Counted from the first letter of the stretch, positions 37,630-47,576 are shown. The stretch is 64,000 bases of DNA from Chloroflexota bacterium (GCA_025355955.1 JANXYP010000200.1:16125-80124), one strand, 5' to 3'. A program made the numbers and translations. The notes: generated by a model not told the origin, from the letters alone.

Positions 37630-38105
37630 TGAAGTTCCTCCTTGGGAATGATAACCTACATAGTTGAGTCGGGCGCTATAAAGCGCTGTTGGCGTACCCC
37701 CACGCACTCTGCCGATGAGGCGGCTTTGCCAAACCGGGTGTGCAGAAGCGAGGCTGCCGCGCTGAGGCTAGGGCAGCCGGTTGCTACGGCAATCGGGTTG
37801 GGCAAATCAGGGGGTGGCTGGTTGCAACTTGCAACGTTAGTGCCATTTTAGTCGGGCTTGTTCATTTTGTCAAGTCGCGGTACATACCAATTTGTGGCGA
37901 GGCCAGGCCGCCGTCCAAATCGGGATCCGGTTTCATCGGCCACCCGACAATTTGCCTTAGATGCGCTGTGCTTGACAAAAGCACTATGTCGGTGCTACAC
38001 TATAATCGTAGCGGTTCACAAGCAGATTCAAAGTAACCAGGCTGTCACCCTCCCCTGCGAGAACGCTTTTGTATTAGTCAATAGTTAGATTAGGAGGATT
38101 CAACA

Positions 38106-38993
38106 ATGGCGGATAGCAGCGAGCAGAAGTTTAAGGAATATGCCCACCCCGAAGTGCTGGTCAGCACCGCGTGGGTAGCCGAACATCTCAAGGACTCCCA
38201 CGTACGTATAGTCGAATCGGACGAGGATGTGCTACTTTACGAGCAGGGCCACGTTCCCGGCGCGGTCAAGCTGGACTGGCACACCGAGGAGCAGCACCCG
38301 CTGATGCGTGACTTCGTGGACAAGGAAGGCTTCGAGCATCTGATGAGCAGCAAGGGCATCGCCAACGACACCACCGTGGTGTTCTATGGCGACAAGAACA
38401 ACTGGTACGCCACCTATACCTTCTGGCTGTTCAAGTATTATGGGCATAAGGATTGCCGCGTGATGGACGGTGGGCGGGCCAAGTGGGTTGCCGAGGGCCG
38501 TGAACTAAGCAAGGACGATGCTGACTATGCGGCTACCAAGTACAAGGCCCAGGACCGCGATACCAGCGTGCGGGTGTTCCGCGACGATGTGCTGAAAGGG
38601 TTGAACGACCACAACCGTCGGTTGATTGATGTGCGTAGCCCGCAAGAGTACAGCGGCGAGATGCTGGCAATGACCGGCTACGCACAGGAGGGCGCACAGC
38701 GGGCGGGTCATATCCCCACCGCCAAGAGCATCCCCTGGGCGAAGGCGGCTGCCGAGGATGGCACCTTCAAGCCCGCCTCCGACCTCAAAACCCTGTATGG
38801 CGGCCATGATATAACCCCAGACAAGGATGTGGTCGCTTATTGTCGCATCGGCGAACGTAGCAGCCATACCTGGTTCGTGCTGACCTACCTGCTCGGCTAT
38901 CCCCATGTCCGTAACTACGACGGTAGCTGGACCGAGTGGGGCAGCAGCGTTGCCGTGCCAATCGAGCGCAGCACCGATAAGCCTGCCTCCTGA
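38106..38993 (+). CDS. Rhodanese-type sulfurtransferase (thiosulfate / 3-mercaptopyruvate sulfurtransferase family)
   Basis: 295 aa, two rhodanese domains. Active-site loop [15 protein letters not shown] as in mycobacterial CysA/SseA-type enzymes. AGGAGG upstream. Confidence 0.75.
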   Translation: MADSSEQKFKEYAHPEVLVSTAWVAEHLKDSHVRIVESDEDVLLYEQGHVPGAVKLDWHTEEQHPLMRDFVDKEGFEHLMSSKGIANDTTVVFYGDKNNWYATYTFWLFKYYGHKDCRVMDGGRAKWVAEGRELSKDDADYAATKYKAQDRDTSVRVFRDDVLKGLNDHNRRLIDVRSPQEYSGEMLAMTGYAQEGAQRAGHIPTAKSIPWAKAAAEDGTFKPASDLKTLYGGHDITPDKDVVAYCRIGERSSHTWFVLTYLLGYPHVRNYDGSWTEWGSSVAVPIERSTDKPAS

Positions 38994-39103
38994 GCATTGT
39001 AAAAGGCGCATTGCTAAAGACTCTCCCTGTGGGTAGATTTGGTGAAGGGAAAACTCGTCTTGCGACAATCTTGCGTGTAAGTCAACCTTCATCCCTCACC
39101 AAA

Positions 39104-39130
39104 CCTCTCCCTGCCAGGGAGAGGCTTTTT
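39104..39130 (+). terminator. Intrinsic terminator candidate cctctccctgccagggagagg + cttttt
   Basis: Hairpin plus T-run ~110 nt after the sulfurtransferase stop. The same gggagaggcttttt motif recurs in the 46335..46770 repeats. Confidence 0.5.
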
Positions 39131-39209
39131 GCTGCCCATTTTGCGCCCAATCACAGCGGGTGTATAATATAATCGGGCTGGACATTCAGCCGCGAGAGGG
39201 GAGATAGCA

Positions 39210-39605
39210 ATGGCGGAGATCCGCAAGTTTTACACCGTAGAGGAAGCCAATCGGCTGCTGCCGCAGCTAACCGCGACCCTGCGCGAGATGCAGGCATCCA
39301 AGGATGAGATTATCGCCCACCGCGACGAGCTTGAGCAGTTGGAGCTGGTGGCGGCCAGCAACGGCCACGCCCGCCATGCTGAGGAGCTAACCGCCCGCCT
39401 CGACGATTTGGTGCGTCTACTCGAAGCGCGGCTGGAGCGCATCGTGGCTGCCAGCATCGAACTGCGCGACCTCGACGACGGCTTGCTCGACTTTCCATCA
39501 CTGCGCGGCACACGCATGATCTGGCTCTGCTGGAAGCAGGGCGAACCGCAGGTTGCCTACTGGCATGAACTGAGCAGTGGCTTCGCCACCAGGCAGAGAT
39601 TGTAG
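39210..39605 (+). CDS. DUF2203 family protein
   Basis: 131 aa, MAEIRKFYTVEEANRLLPQL… typical of DUF2203. Confidence 0.5.
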   Translation: MAEIRKFYTVEEANRLLPQLTATLREMQASKDEIIAHRDELEQLELVAASNGHARHAEELTARLDDLVRLLEARLERIVAASIELRDLDDGLLDFPSLRGTRMIWLCWKQGEPQVAYWHELSSGFATRQRL

Positions 39606-39750
39606 AGATTGCAGATCGTAGATTTAAGATTGCAGATTATGGCCCAAACTTATGCCACCTACTCCCATATTCTGAATTGCAAGTTGTAAATGGCAGCCGG
39701 GTATTCACCCCACTAAGCTGCAATCTGCAATCTTAAACCTGCAATCATTT
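39594..39750. repeat. Two inverted arrays of heptamers (agattgc-like x~6 at 39594..39640; gcaatct x4 at 39718..39748) flanking an 80-bp spacer
   Basis: Direct reading. The arrays are reverse complements of each other and overlap the DUF2203 stop. The same 7-mer occurs at 59240..59274. Confidence 0.7.
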
Positions 39751-39762
39751 AGAGGAACATTA

Positions 39763-40305
39763 ATGTCCGATGGACAGAAAGCGATAGGCGGGGCGGAGCG
39801 GCGGGAGCAACTCGCCACTTTGTTGCGGGCGGCAAATGGCAATCCGATTGCCGGTGCCGAGCTGGCAGCGCGGGTGGGGGTCAGCCGCCAGGTGGTGGTA
39901 CAAGATATGGCGCTGCTGCGGGCCAGCGGGCGGCGCATCATCGGCACGCCGGGCGGCTACCTGCTGCTGGGCGAACTCGACCATAGCACAGTCACAGCGG
40001 TGCTGCCCTGCCGCCACGATGCCGCGCAGGTGGAGCAGGAGCTAAACATTATGGTGGACTGCGGCCTGCGCGTGCTGGATGTGGTAGTCGAGCACCCTCT
40101 CTACGGTGAACTGCGCGGCAACCTGATGATAAATGACCGCGCCGATGTGCATCGTTTTGTCGCGGGCCTGCGCGAGGGGCAGTACAGTATGCTGGCCGCG
40201 CTCACGGGTGGGGTCCACCTCCATACCGTCGAAGCCCCAACCCAGGCCAGCATCGCGCAGGCACGGCAGGAATTGCGGGCGGCGGGAATATTGCTGGAGG
40301 AGTGA
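39763..40305 (+). CDS. NiaR/YrxA-family transcriptional repressor (HTH + 3H domain), niacin-responsive regulator-like
   Basis: 180 aa. HTH then 3H-domain histidines (…VVVEHPLYGELRGNLMINDRADVHRF…). Confidence 0.6.
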   Translation: MSDGQKAIGGAERREQLATLLRAANGNPIAGAELAARVGVSRQVVVQDMALLRASGRRIIGTPGGYLLLGELDHSTVTAVLPCRHDAAQVEQELNIMVDCGLRVLDVVVEHPLYGELRGNLMINDRADVHRFVAGLREGQYSMLAALTGGVHLHTVEAPTQASIAQARQELRAAGILLEE

Positions 40306-40309
40306 TTGG

Positions 40310-40337
40310 GGTGAATGGTGAATGGTGAAGGTGGATG
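40310..40337. repeat. Heptamer repeat (gtgaatg)x3-4 followed by the REP-like hairpin gtaggggcggcataaatcccgccc (40330..40355)
   Basis: ggggtgaatggtgaatggtgaaggtggatgtaggggcggcataaatcccgccc. Confidence 0.75.
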
Positions 40338-40462
40338 TAGGGGCGGCATAAATCCCGCCCTGGTGAAGCGTGTCACTAGCAAAAAAGCCGCTGCACCCCA
40401 TCCGATTATCCGTTTATTCGCTGTCACAATCCGCTGGCTTACCCGTTTCGCGCCCAGCATTA

Positions 40463-40598
40463 ACAGCTTGCGATAGGCATTGATGCGCTTCAGCAGGGCG
40501 TATGCCATACGCCCCTACGGGTAAATCCGCAACAGCTTGCGATAGGTATTGGTGCGCTTCAGCAGGGCGTATGCCATACGCCCCTACGGGTAAATCCG
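40463..40598. repeat. Two tandem 68-bp family-3 repeats (aacagcttgcgataggcattgatgcgcttcagcagggcgtatgccatacgcccctacgggtaaatccgc)
   Basis: Each unit contains the palindrome GGGCGTATGCCATACGCCC + CTAC. Confidence 0.8.
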
Positions 40599-40723
40599 CT
40601 TGTTTTCAGACAGCCTCTTAAACCAAGCTTAACCCTGCCTCTCCATATGTGAAAACTAAAGCGCAAAAATAAGCAATTGATAGCTGGTTGGCGAAGGATG
40701 CAATCGGTCGCGTCTTTGTATCT

Positions 40724-42961
40724 TCAAATGAACCTCGCAGTGATACTCCGCTGGCAGTTTTTCAATTCTTGCGGTGGCCCCTCAAACAACACTTCACCAC
40801 CAGCGCTGCCCCCTTCGGGACCCAGGTCTATGATCCAGTCGGCCTGCCGGATCACGTCCAGATGATGCTCAATCAGGATGACCGTGTTGCTGGCATCCAC
40901 CAGCCGGTCAATGATGCCCATCAGCAGGTTGATGTCGGAACGGTGTAGCCCGGTGGTGGGTTCGTCCATCACGTAGACGCTACCCTTTTTGTGCAGTTCG
41001 GTAGCGATTTTCAGGCGTTGCCCTTCACCGCCCGACACGGTACTGAGTGGCTGGCCCAGTGTTAGGTAGCCCAGCCCCACGTCGTTCATCGCTTGCAGCA
41101 CGGCCTTGACCTTCTTCTCGCTGAAGAAGATCAGGGCTTCCTCCACCGCCATGTCCAGCACGTCGCTGATGGTCTTGCCGCGTAGGTGGTACTCCAACAC
41201 ATCGGGCTTGAAACGTTTGCCCTCGCAGATTTCGCAGGTGGATGCGTATCCCTCCATGAACGCCAGGTCGGTGTACACCACACCCAGACCGTTGCAGTTG
41301 GGGCAACTGCCCTCCGAGTTGAAACTGAAGAGCGCCGCGCTAACCTTGTTGGTTTTAGCGAACGCCTGCCGAATGTCGTCCATGATGCCGGTATAGGTGG
41401 CCGGAGCCGAGCGGCTGTTTGCCGTCACGCGGGACTGATCGATCACAATCGCGCCCGCGTGCTGCTGCAGGAAGACATCGTTAATCAGGGTGCTTTTTCC
41501 CGAACCAGCCACCCCCGTCACCACAGTCAGTACGCCAGTGGGAATGTTCACCGTGACGTTCTTCAGGTTATGCAGGGTGGCATTCTTGATCGCCATATGC
41601 CCAGTGGGCAGCCGTACCTGCTGCTTGATTGGCAGGCGCTGCTTCACAAATCGCCCGGTGAGGGTGTCAGCGTTCTTGAGCGCTTCATAGCTGCCCTCAA
41701 ATACCACTTCACCGCCATGTATCCCCGCCTTTGGGCCGAGGTCTACCAGGTGATCGGCGATCGCCATTACATCTGGATCATGCTCGACGATCAGGACGGT
41801 ATTGCCCTTGTCTCGCAGCTTCTGCAGCAGGCTGTTCAGGCGGGCGACATCGCGGGCGTGCAGCCCCACGCTGGGTTCATCGAGGATGTACAGCATCTCG
41901 GTCAGGCTGTTGCCCAGGTGCCGAATCATCTTCACCCGCTGCGACTCGCCGCCGGACAGGGTGGAGGTTTCGCGGCTGAGGCTCAGATAACCCAGCCCAA
42001 TATCTATGAGGTGCTGCAAGCGTTCGCTGAGACTGGTAGCTACGCGCATGGCGACTGGATCGCTGAACTCCCCCAGGAGTTTGACCAGTTCGGTCGCTTC
42101 CAGGTCGGAGAGTTCGGCGATATTGTGGCCGCCAATCCTGCAATTCAGGGCGGCCTGGTTGAGCCTGGCACCATGGCACAGCGGGCAAGTCTGCGAGGTG
42201 GTGAATTGCTCGAAGACGGCACGGTTGCGTTCGGACATTGCCGCCGCGTCCTTCTTGACAAACGAGCGGTTGAAACGCTCGACAAGGCCTTCATATTGCA
42301 GATAGCCCATGCCCAGATCAATCTTAGCTGCGTCTGCGCCGTACAGCAGAGCGTTCAGCTCCTCCTCCGTGTAATCCTTGATTGGTTTATCGTTGTCGAA
42401 GAGGCCGGAGAGGGCGTAGGTCTTCCACAGCAAATTGCCGACTTTGAACGCAGGGTGGAGGGTTGCCCCGCCATTCAGCGACTTGCTGCGATCGAGGAAC
42501 TTGTCCAGATCGAGCTGCACCGTCTTGCCGATACCTTCGCACTCTGGACACATTCCCTGGATGGTGTTGAACGAGAAGTGGTAGCCCGGACCGACATAGG
42601 GCTGTCCCGCCCGTGAGAAGAGCAGCCGCAGCAAAGTGGCAATATCCGTGTATGTGCCTGCGGTCGAACGCGAGCCACCGCCGACCCGCTTCTGGTCAAT
42701 GATGACCGGCGCGTTCAGGTTTTCGATATGGTCCACGTCCGGTTGGCCGTAGTGCGGCAGGAAGCCTTGCACGAAGAAGGTGAAGGTTTCGTTCAACTGG
42801 CGTTGCGCTTCGGCGGCGATGGTGTCGAATACCAGTGAAGATTTGCCAGAGCCAGACACGCCGGTAAACACCGTGATCTTCTGCTTGGGGATGTTCAGCG
42901 AGATGTCCTTGAGGTTGTTTTCGCGTGCGCCGTGAACCTCGATGAACTGCCGATCGGTCAT
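40724..42961 (-). CDS. UvrA-family ABC ATPase paralog (short class II/UvrA2-like, 745 aa)
   Basis: N-terminal MTDRQFIEVHGARENNLKDISLNIPKQKITVFTGVSGSGKSS (Walker A) and a second ABC module. About 200 aa shorter than canonical UvrA. Confidence 0.75.
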   Translation of the reverse strand: MTDRQFIEVHGARENNLKDISLNIPKQKITVFTGVSGSGKSSLVFDTIAAEAQRQLNETFTFFVQGFLPHYGQPDVDHIENLNAPVIIDQKRVGGGSRSTAGTYTDIATLLRLLFSRAGQPYVGPGYHFSFNTIQGMCPECEGIGKTVQLDLDKFLDRSKSLNGGATLHPAFKVGNLLWKTYALSGLFDNDKPIKDYTEEELNALLYGADAAKIDLGMGYLQYEGLVERFNRSFVKKDAAAMSERNRAVFEQFTTSQTCPLCHGARLNQAALNCRIGGHNIAELSDLEATELVKLLGEFSDPVAMRVATSLSERLQHLIDIGLGYLSLSRETSTLSGGESQRVKMIRHLGNSLTEMLYILDEPSVGLHARDVARLNSLLQKLRDKGNTVLIVEHDPDVMAIADHLVDLGPKAGIHGGEVVFEGSYEALKNADTLTGRFVKQRLPIKQQVRLPTGHMAIKNATLHNLKNVTVNIPTGVLTVVTGVAGSGKSTLINDVFLQQHAGAIVIDQSRVTANSRSAPATYTGIMDDIRQAFAKTNKVSAALFSFNSEGSCPNCNGLGVVYTDLAFMEGYASTCEICEGKRFKPDVLEYHLRGKTISDVLDMAVEEALIFFSEKKVKAVLQAMNDVGLGYLTLGQPLSTVSGGEGQRLKIATELHKKGSVYVMDEPTTGLHRSDINLLMGIIDRLVDASNTVILIEHHLDVIRQADWIIDLGPEGGSAGGEVLFEGPPQELKNCQRSITARFI

Positions 42962-42989
42962 GCGTACCTCCTTGTTGTGCCAAAAGTGT

Positions 42990-43410
42990 CCGAAGCGATA
43001 ATGTTGACGTTACTGGGGTGGAGCAGGGTAGCGGGCCGCCGGGTTACTGGGGGCTGGGGGCGTAGCCCCGCACGGTGCAGCGTTACTAAGGCTGTGGGAC
43101 AATACCAGCGTCTATTATCTCACTTCTGGCAATTGTGGGCAAGGCAAGGAGACGAGCTTGAACAATTGTGGCGGGTGGGGCAGGGCAGCGGGCCGACGAG
43201 TTACCGGGGGCTGGGGGCGTAGCCCCGCACGGTGCAGCGTTAATAAGGCTAGGGACAATGGCAGCGTCTATTATCCCACTTCTGGCAATTGTGGGCAAGA
43301 CGAGGAGACGGTGAACACCAGTTCCGATAAGCATTAGTAGCGCTCGACCGATCGGGCTGCGCCCCAACCCCCTGGTAACTCGTCGGCCCGCCGCCTGATC
43401 CGAACGTTAC
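42990..43410. repeat. Family-5 structured repeat: two tandem ~125-bp units plus a conserved tail (…gggctgcgccccaacccccggtaactcgtcggcccgccgcc)
   Basis: Homologous to 24519..24720. Located between the anti-sigma gene end and the uvrA2 start. Confidence 0.65.
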
Positions 43411-43458
43411 TGCCGGTCAGCAGCTGGGAGCTGAACCCCCAGACCCCCACGCAGTCTT

Positions 43459-45618
43459 CTACGGAGTTAGCGTGGGCGTAGCGAACACCGATGGCTCATA
43501 GGGGTTGGCGGTGCTGGACAGGGTGTTCGCCAGGGCGATTAGCTGATCCTTACTCATCTGCAAGCCGCGCAGTTCCACGTAGCTGCTCTGCTTGACCATC
43601 CACAATGTCGGCCCGCCCTGCTGCGTTGGGTTGTTCAGGAAGTGCGCGGCGCTGCCGTCGGCCAGCGTCACTGCCTCACCCTGCTGGCTGGGGTCAGCAT
43701 CGCGGCAGCAGCCTTTCGCGCCGCTAAGGACACTGAGGGCGAAGCTGCCATCGGGGTGATGGTAGACAAGCTCCACTGTATTCACCCCCTCATAAGAGGT
43801 TGCATTCTTAATGTTGAATACATGGACATTTACTGGCGGCTCGACGATTAGTCCGACGGGAGTATCAGGGGGCGCGAAGATGGCGAATGGTAGCTTCCCG
43901 CGCATAGCATCGAGTCGGGGGAGGCCAAACAGTGTGTTGGAAATTGGAGTAGGGGTCGCGGTTACCCCAATCGGCACCTGAGTGAATGAGTTAGCGACCT
44001 TGATAAGCTCGTCGCTGCTCAGGGTAGCGTTAGACAAGCCTAGTTCGTTTCCGTCCCGGTTCAACTCCAGAAATATCACTGGTTGACCGTTGCGATAAGT
44101 TGTATGGGTGAGCCATGCCCTTCTACCACCTACATACACTGACTGCTCATCGGATGAATGTGCCGAGCTAGCGCCTAGCGCCTGCTCCTCGATAAGCAAC
44201 CCATGTGCCATAGGATCAATCGGTTGGTTTGCTTCGCTGGCTGGCACGTATTCCAAATTCAGATACATACCCGAATCTGGAGCTGAAGGGAGTACGTTTG
44301 GCTGACGCGGAACCAGGTTATTAGGTATGTAGGACGGCAGGAACAGAGAGAAACCTGCCTTTGCGGACAAATCCTGCATCTGCGCGTCAAACTGCGTTTG
44401 TGTGGCCGCCCCTTTCGGGCGATAGTCGCTTACGCTGGTACCTGGCGGGGGCGTAAAGGTAAACACTGACTGATCGATCGGCATATCAAACTGGGCGGTG
44501 GTGGCGGTTACTCGCCGACTAAGGTTGTTGCCGTTGTATATCTCATATTTGAGCATGAAGTAGTTGCTGCGATCAATCCAGATTACGAACCGCGCTACTG
44601 GTGAAACTCCTGACGCTAGCGGCCCGTTGGGAAAAGCAGGTGAGGGTACGTTTAGCATTGATGCGGGCGAAGCTGAAGATGAAGGAGGGCAGTGTGATTG
44701 ACCCGAGTCGATCACGTAAGTTGCGCGGCCAGCGACTGTGTCAGTGCCTCGCAGCGCAGGTGTGTAGCATTGCCCCATGCTATCAAGGACACTATATTGC
44801 CAGTTAGTGGTAACGAATTGCAATCGGTTCATGCTGTCTGTGGGATTGTACTCTCTACCAAATAGCTCCACATGAGCGCTCTTATTGCTGGTGGTACCGC
44901 CCACAGTGCCATCGTAGTGCCAAACGTAAGTGCCATCACTGACATCAATTTGCTCATCCGGTATAAACTGCGTCCCTTTACTGGAAAAACCGATGCTGTT
45001 GCTACTCACAGTTCGCCAGCGGTTCGGCGCTTCGTACCAGAGGGCAGTAGGTACGCTGTTGGTTACTACTTCTGGACGAGCTGTTGTTGGGATGGAGTTA
45101 GGGCCGCCCATAGGAGGGATGGACAAATCCATCTCTTCACTTTGAGTAATTACCAAACTCTTGATGCTGCCATCGGTAAACACCGCCTGCGCCCTCTTGA
45201 TGATCTGATCGGCGCTTAGGGGTGTGGGGTTGTTGCTCAGGCTGCCGACCAGCAGCCAGCCACCTGCCAGGATAAGGATAGCAACAGCGGCAGTCGCCAG
45301 GCGGGGGAAGAACCAGCGGCGCAGCGGCTTGGTGGGGGCGGGTTGGCTAAAGCGACCCGCGCCGATGTCGGGCAGCATGGGCATGACGGGTGCCTGCTCT
45401 GCGCTAGTTGCGCCTTGCAGTGCGCTTTCCAGTTGGGCCTTGAGGCGGATTTGATAGGCCAGCGTGGGCGCGGGCGTGTCAAGGCCACGCCGCAGCATCT
45501 GTGCTTGCTCTGCCAGTTCGGCATCCAGCCCGGCAGTTGGCGGCGCGGTGGGGTTCTGCTCAAGCTGACGGCAGTATTGCTCCAGTAGCGCGGCCTGCTG
45601 TTCTTCGTCACTGCCCAT
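43459..45618 (-). CDS. Anti-sigma factor (N-terminal cytoplasmic domain, single TM, ~600-aa extracytoplasmic domain)
   Basis: Immediately downstream (14 nt) of the ECF sigma gene. TM segment RWFFPRLATAAVAILILAGGWLLVGSL. Function inferred from position and topology. Confidence 0.5.
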   Translation of the reverse strand: MGSDEEQQAALLEQYCRQLEQNPTAPPTAGLDAELAEQAQMLRRGLDTPAPTLAYQIRLKAQLESALQGATSAEQAPVMPMLPDIGAGRFSQPAPTKPLRRWFFPRLATAAVAILILAGGWLLVGSLSNNPTPLSADQIIKRAQAVFTDGSIKSLVITQSEEMDLSIPPMGGPNSIPTTARPEVVTNSVPTALWYEAPNRWRTVSSNSIGFSSKGTQFIPDEQIDVSDGTYVWHYDGTVGGTTSNKSAHVELFGREYNPTDSMNRLQFVTTNWQYSVLDSMGQCYTPALRGTDTVAGRATYVIDSGQSHCPPSSSASPASMLNVPSPAFPNGPLASGVSPVARFVIWIDRSNYFMLKYEIYNGNNLSRRVTATTAQFDMPIDQSVFTFTPPPGTSVSDYRPKGAATQTQFDAQMQDLSAKAGFSLFLPSYIPNNLVPRQPNVLPSAPDSGMYLNLEYVPASEANQPIDPMAHGLLIEEQALGASSAHSSDEQSVYVGGRRAWLTHTTYRNGQPVIFLELNRDGNELGLSNATLSSDELIKVANSFTQVPIGVTATPTPISNTLFGLPRLDAMRGKLPFAIFAPPDTPVGLIVEPPVNVHVFNIKNATSYEGVNTVELVYHHPDGSFALSVLSGAKGCCRDADPSQQGEAVTLADGSAAHFLNNPTQQGGPTLWMVKQSSYVELRGLQMSKDQLIALANTLSSTANPYEPSVFATPTLTP

Positions 45619-45632
45619 TGGATACCTCTTCC

Positions 45633-46223
45633 TTAACGACTCGGCTTCATTATCTCGCGCAAGCGTTGCATTGCCCGCAGCCGCAGCATCCGCACCGCCG
45701 CTGGCGTGCGCGACAGCGCGGCGGCAATCTGTGCGTCGGCCCAGCCAGTGAACTGCAACTCGATGACGGCCCGCTGCTCGTGGTTCAGCATTGCCAGCGC
45801 GTTGTAGAGCGGTTCGTACTCCGCGCCGCCCGCGATCGCGTCTTCGGCAGTGGGCTGTGGGTCGCTGAGGTGCATCGCGTCGTCAATCGCCGCCTCGGGC
45901 CGCTGCGCCCGATAGCTATCCACCACCACATTGTGGGCGATGCGGAACAGCCAGGCAGCGAAGTTACCCTGCTGGTAGTCGCCCAGCCTCGCCACCACGC
46001 GCAGGAACACCTCGCTGGTAGCATCCTCGGCGCGTTCGCGGTTGCCCATCCGCACGTAGCAGTAGCGGTAGACCGGCTCGAGGTAGCGTTCGTAGAGTAG
46101 GGTCAGCACGGCTGGGTCGGTATGCAGCCGTGCCACCAACCCGGCATCGTCGGATCCCGCATCAATGGCGGCGCGGTCGGCGGAGTCGGACTCAGCCTGT
46201 GCTTGTGGCGACCAGAAGGCCAT
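45633..46223 (-). CDS. ECF-type sigma-70 family RNA polymerase sigma factor
   Basis: Region 2 (VYRYCYVRMGNRERAEDATSEVFLRVV) and region 4 (ALSRTPAAVRMLRLRAMQRLREI) motifs. Confidence 0.75.
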   Translation of the reverse strand: MAFWSPQAQAESDSADRAAIDAGSDDAGLVARLHTDPAVLTLLYERYLEPVYRYCYVRMGNRERAEDATSEVFLRVVARLGDYQQGNFAAWLFRIAHNVVVDSYRAQRPEAAIDDAMHLSDPQPTAEDAIAGGAEYEPLYNALAMLNHEQRAVIELQFTGWADAQIAAALSRTPAAVRMLRLRAMQRLREIMKPSR

Positions 46224-46334
46224 AAGCCTCTGGACCTCTCTTCTCCCCTGGCTGGGGTTATTTGCTAATATAGACGGAAAACGGTGGGGTGTTATAACGG
46301 TGACTTTGCAGATTGAGGGTAAATGATTTGCACC

Positions 46335-46770
46335 TCATTCCAATTAGCCAACGAGATGCTATAGTTCTGTAGGGGCGAACCGCTGTTCGCCCTGGCTCAA
46401 TCTATCGCGGCACCATCGATAATAGGAATAAGGCAAGCTCTCCCCCCACCAACCTACCCACAGGGAACCCCACAAGGGGGTTTCCCCGCTGGGGAGAGGC
46501 TTTTTGGCTTATCGTATTAGCCAACGAGATGCTATAGTTCTGTAGGGGCGAACCGCTGTTCGCCCTGGCTCAATCTATAGCGGCACCATCGCTAATGGGA
46601 ATAAGGCAAGCTCTCCCCTCACCAACCTACCCACAGGGAACCCCACAAGGGGGTTTCCCCGCTGGGGAGAGGCTTTTTGGCTTATCGTATTAACCAACGA
46701 GATGCTATAGTTCTGTAGGGGTGAACCGATGTTCGCCCTGGCTCAATCTATAGCGGCACCATCGCTAATG
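46335..46770. repeat. About 2.5 tandem copies of a ~180-bp composite repeat. Each unit is a family-1 REP-like core (gtaggggcgaaccgctgttcgccctgg) plus a terminator-like hairpin (ctctcccc…ggggagaggcttttt).
   Basis: Units start at ~46335, ~46517 and ~46688 (partial). Confidence 0.8.
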
Positions 46771-46777
46771 GGTATCG

Positions 46778-46990
46778 CAAACAAAGTTCTGATGGCGAGG
46801 GTGTAGTTTCCCCTCCCACCGGGAGGGGTAGGGGTGGGTGCGTGCAGCGCGACTCGGACCCACCCCCAGCTTGATTGATGCTGTGCTGGGTGGAATCTAT
46901 CTGCGTGTCAAAGTGGGTGCGTGCAGCGCGACTTGGACCCACCCCCAGCCCCTCCCGGTGGGAGGGGAGAACATCAGGACTTTGTTTATC
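46778..46990. mobile_element. MITE-like element family 2 (second copy, with internal duplication of the gtgggtgcgtgcagcgcgac…gacccacccccagc arm)
   Basis: Ends acaaagttctgatggcgagggtgtag … gggagaacatcaggactttgtttatc match 5387..5518. Confidence 0.6.
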
Positions 46991-47012
46991 CGGCTCTCAA
47001 AACTCAAAACTA

Positions 47013-47570
47013 CTATTCTGCTTCTTCCATCCCTACAGCGATGAGGTAGCCCCGCGCCCGCTCACTGAGCGGGTAACGGTTGACTAGCTTCCAGAAGGCA
47101 GTGGAGTGGTTGGCTTCGCGCAGGTGGGTCAGTTCGTGGACGATGACGTAATCCAGTACCCAGACGGGCATGGTTGCCAGCCGATCTGATATGCGGATGC
47201 TGCCGGTGGAGGGGGTGCAGCTACCGTAGCGGCGCTGCTGGTTGGTGACATACTCGATCGAGTTGTACTTCAGCTTGCCGTCGAAGTAGCGTTTGTTCAG
47301 TTCGGCAGCGCGTTCAGCAAGGTTGCGGTCGGTGTTGAGGTTGCGGCGGCGGGTCTGGCGCTCCAGGGCGAGCAGCAGGTTGTTGACCGTCTCCTGCTCC
47401 TGCACGGGGGTGAGGCCCGCAGGCACGCGCACAACGATGCGTCCACCCACGCGCTGGGCGCTAGAGGTGTTCTTGCGCCGATTGCTGCGGATAATCTCAA
47501 TCGGGGTGGGACTTGACTCGCCCGCATCAAGGTGCGATGCGGGCGGTTGGTTGTGGCGATCGTCGCTCAT
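47013..47570 (-). CDS. DUF45 / YgjP-like zinc metallopeptidase (HExxH: VIVHELTHL)
   Basis: 185 aa. WVLDYVIVHELTHLREANHSTAFW motif. Starts 6 nt after the stop of the 1358-aa gene. Confidence 0.65.
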   Translation of the reverse strand: MSDDRHNQPPASHLDAGESSPTPIEIIRSNRRKNTSSAQRVGGRIVVRVPAGLTPVQEQETVNNLLLALERQTRRRNLNTDRNLAERAAELNKRYFDGKLKYNSIEYVTNQQRRYGSCTPSTGSIRISDRLATMPVWVLDYVIVHELTHLREANHSTAFWKLVNRYPLSERARGYLIAVGMEEAE

Positions 47571-47576
47571 CTCGGT

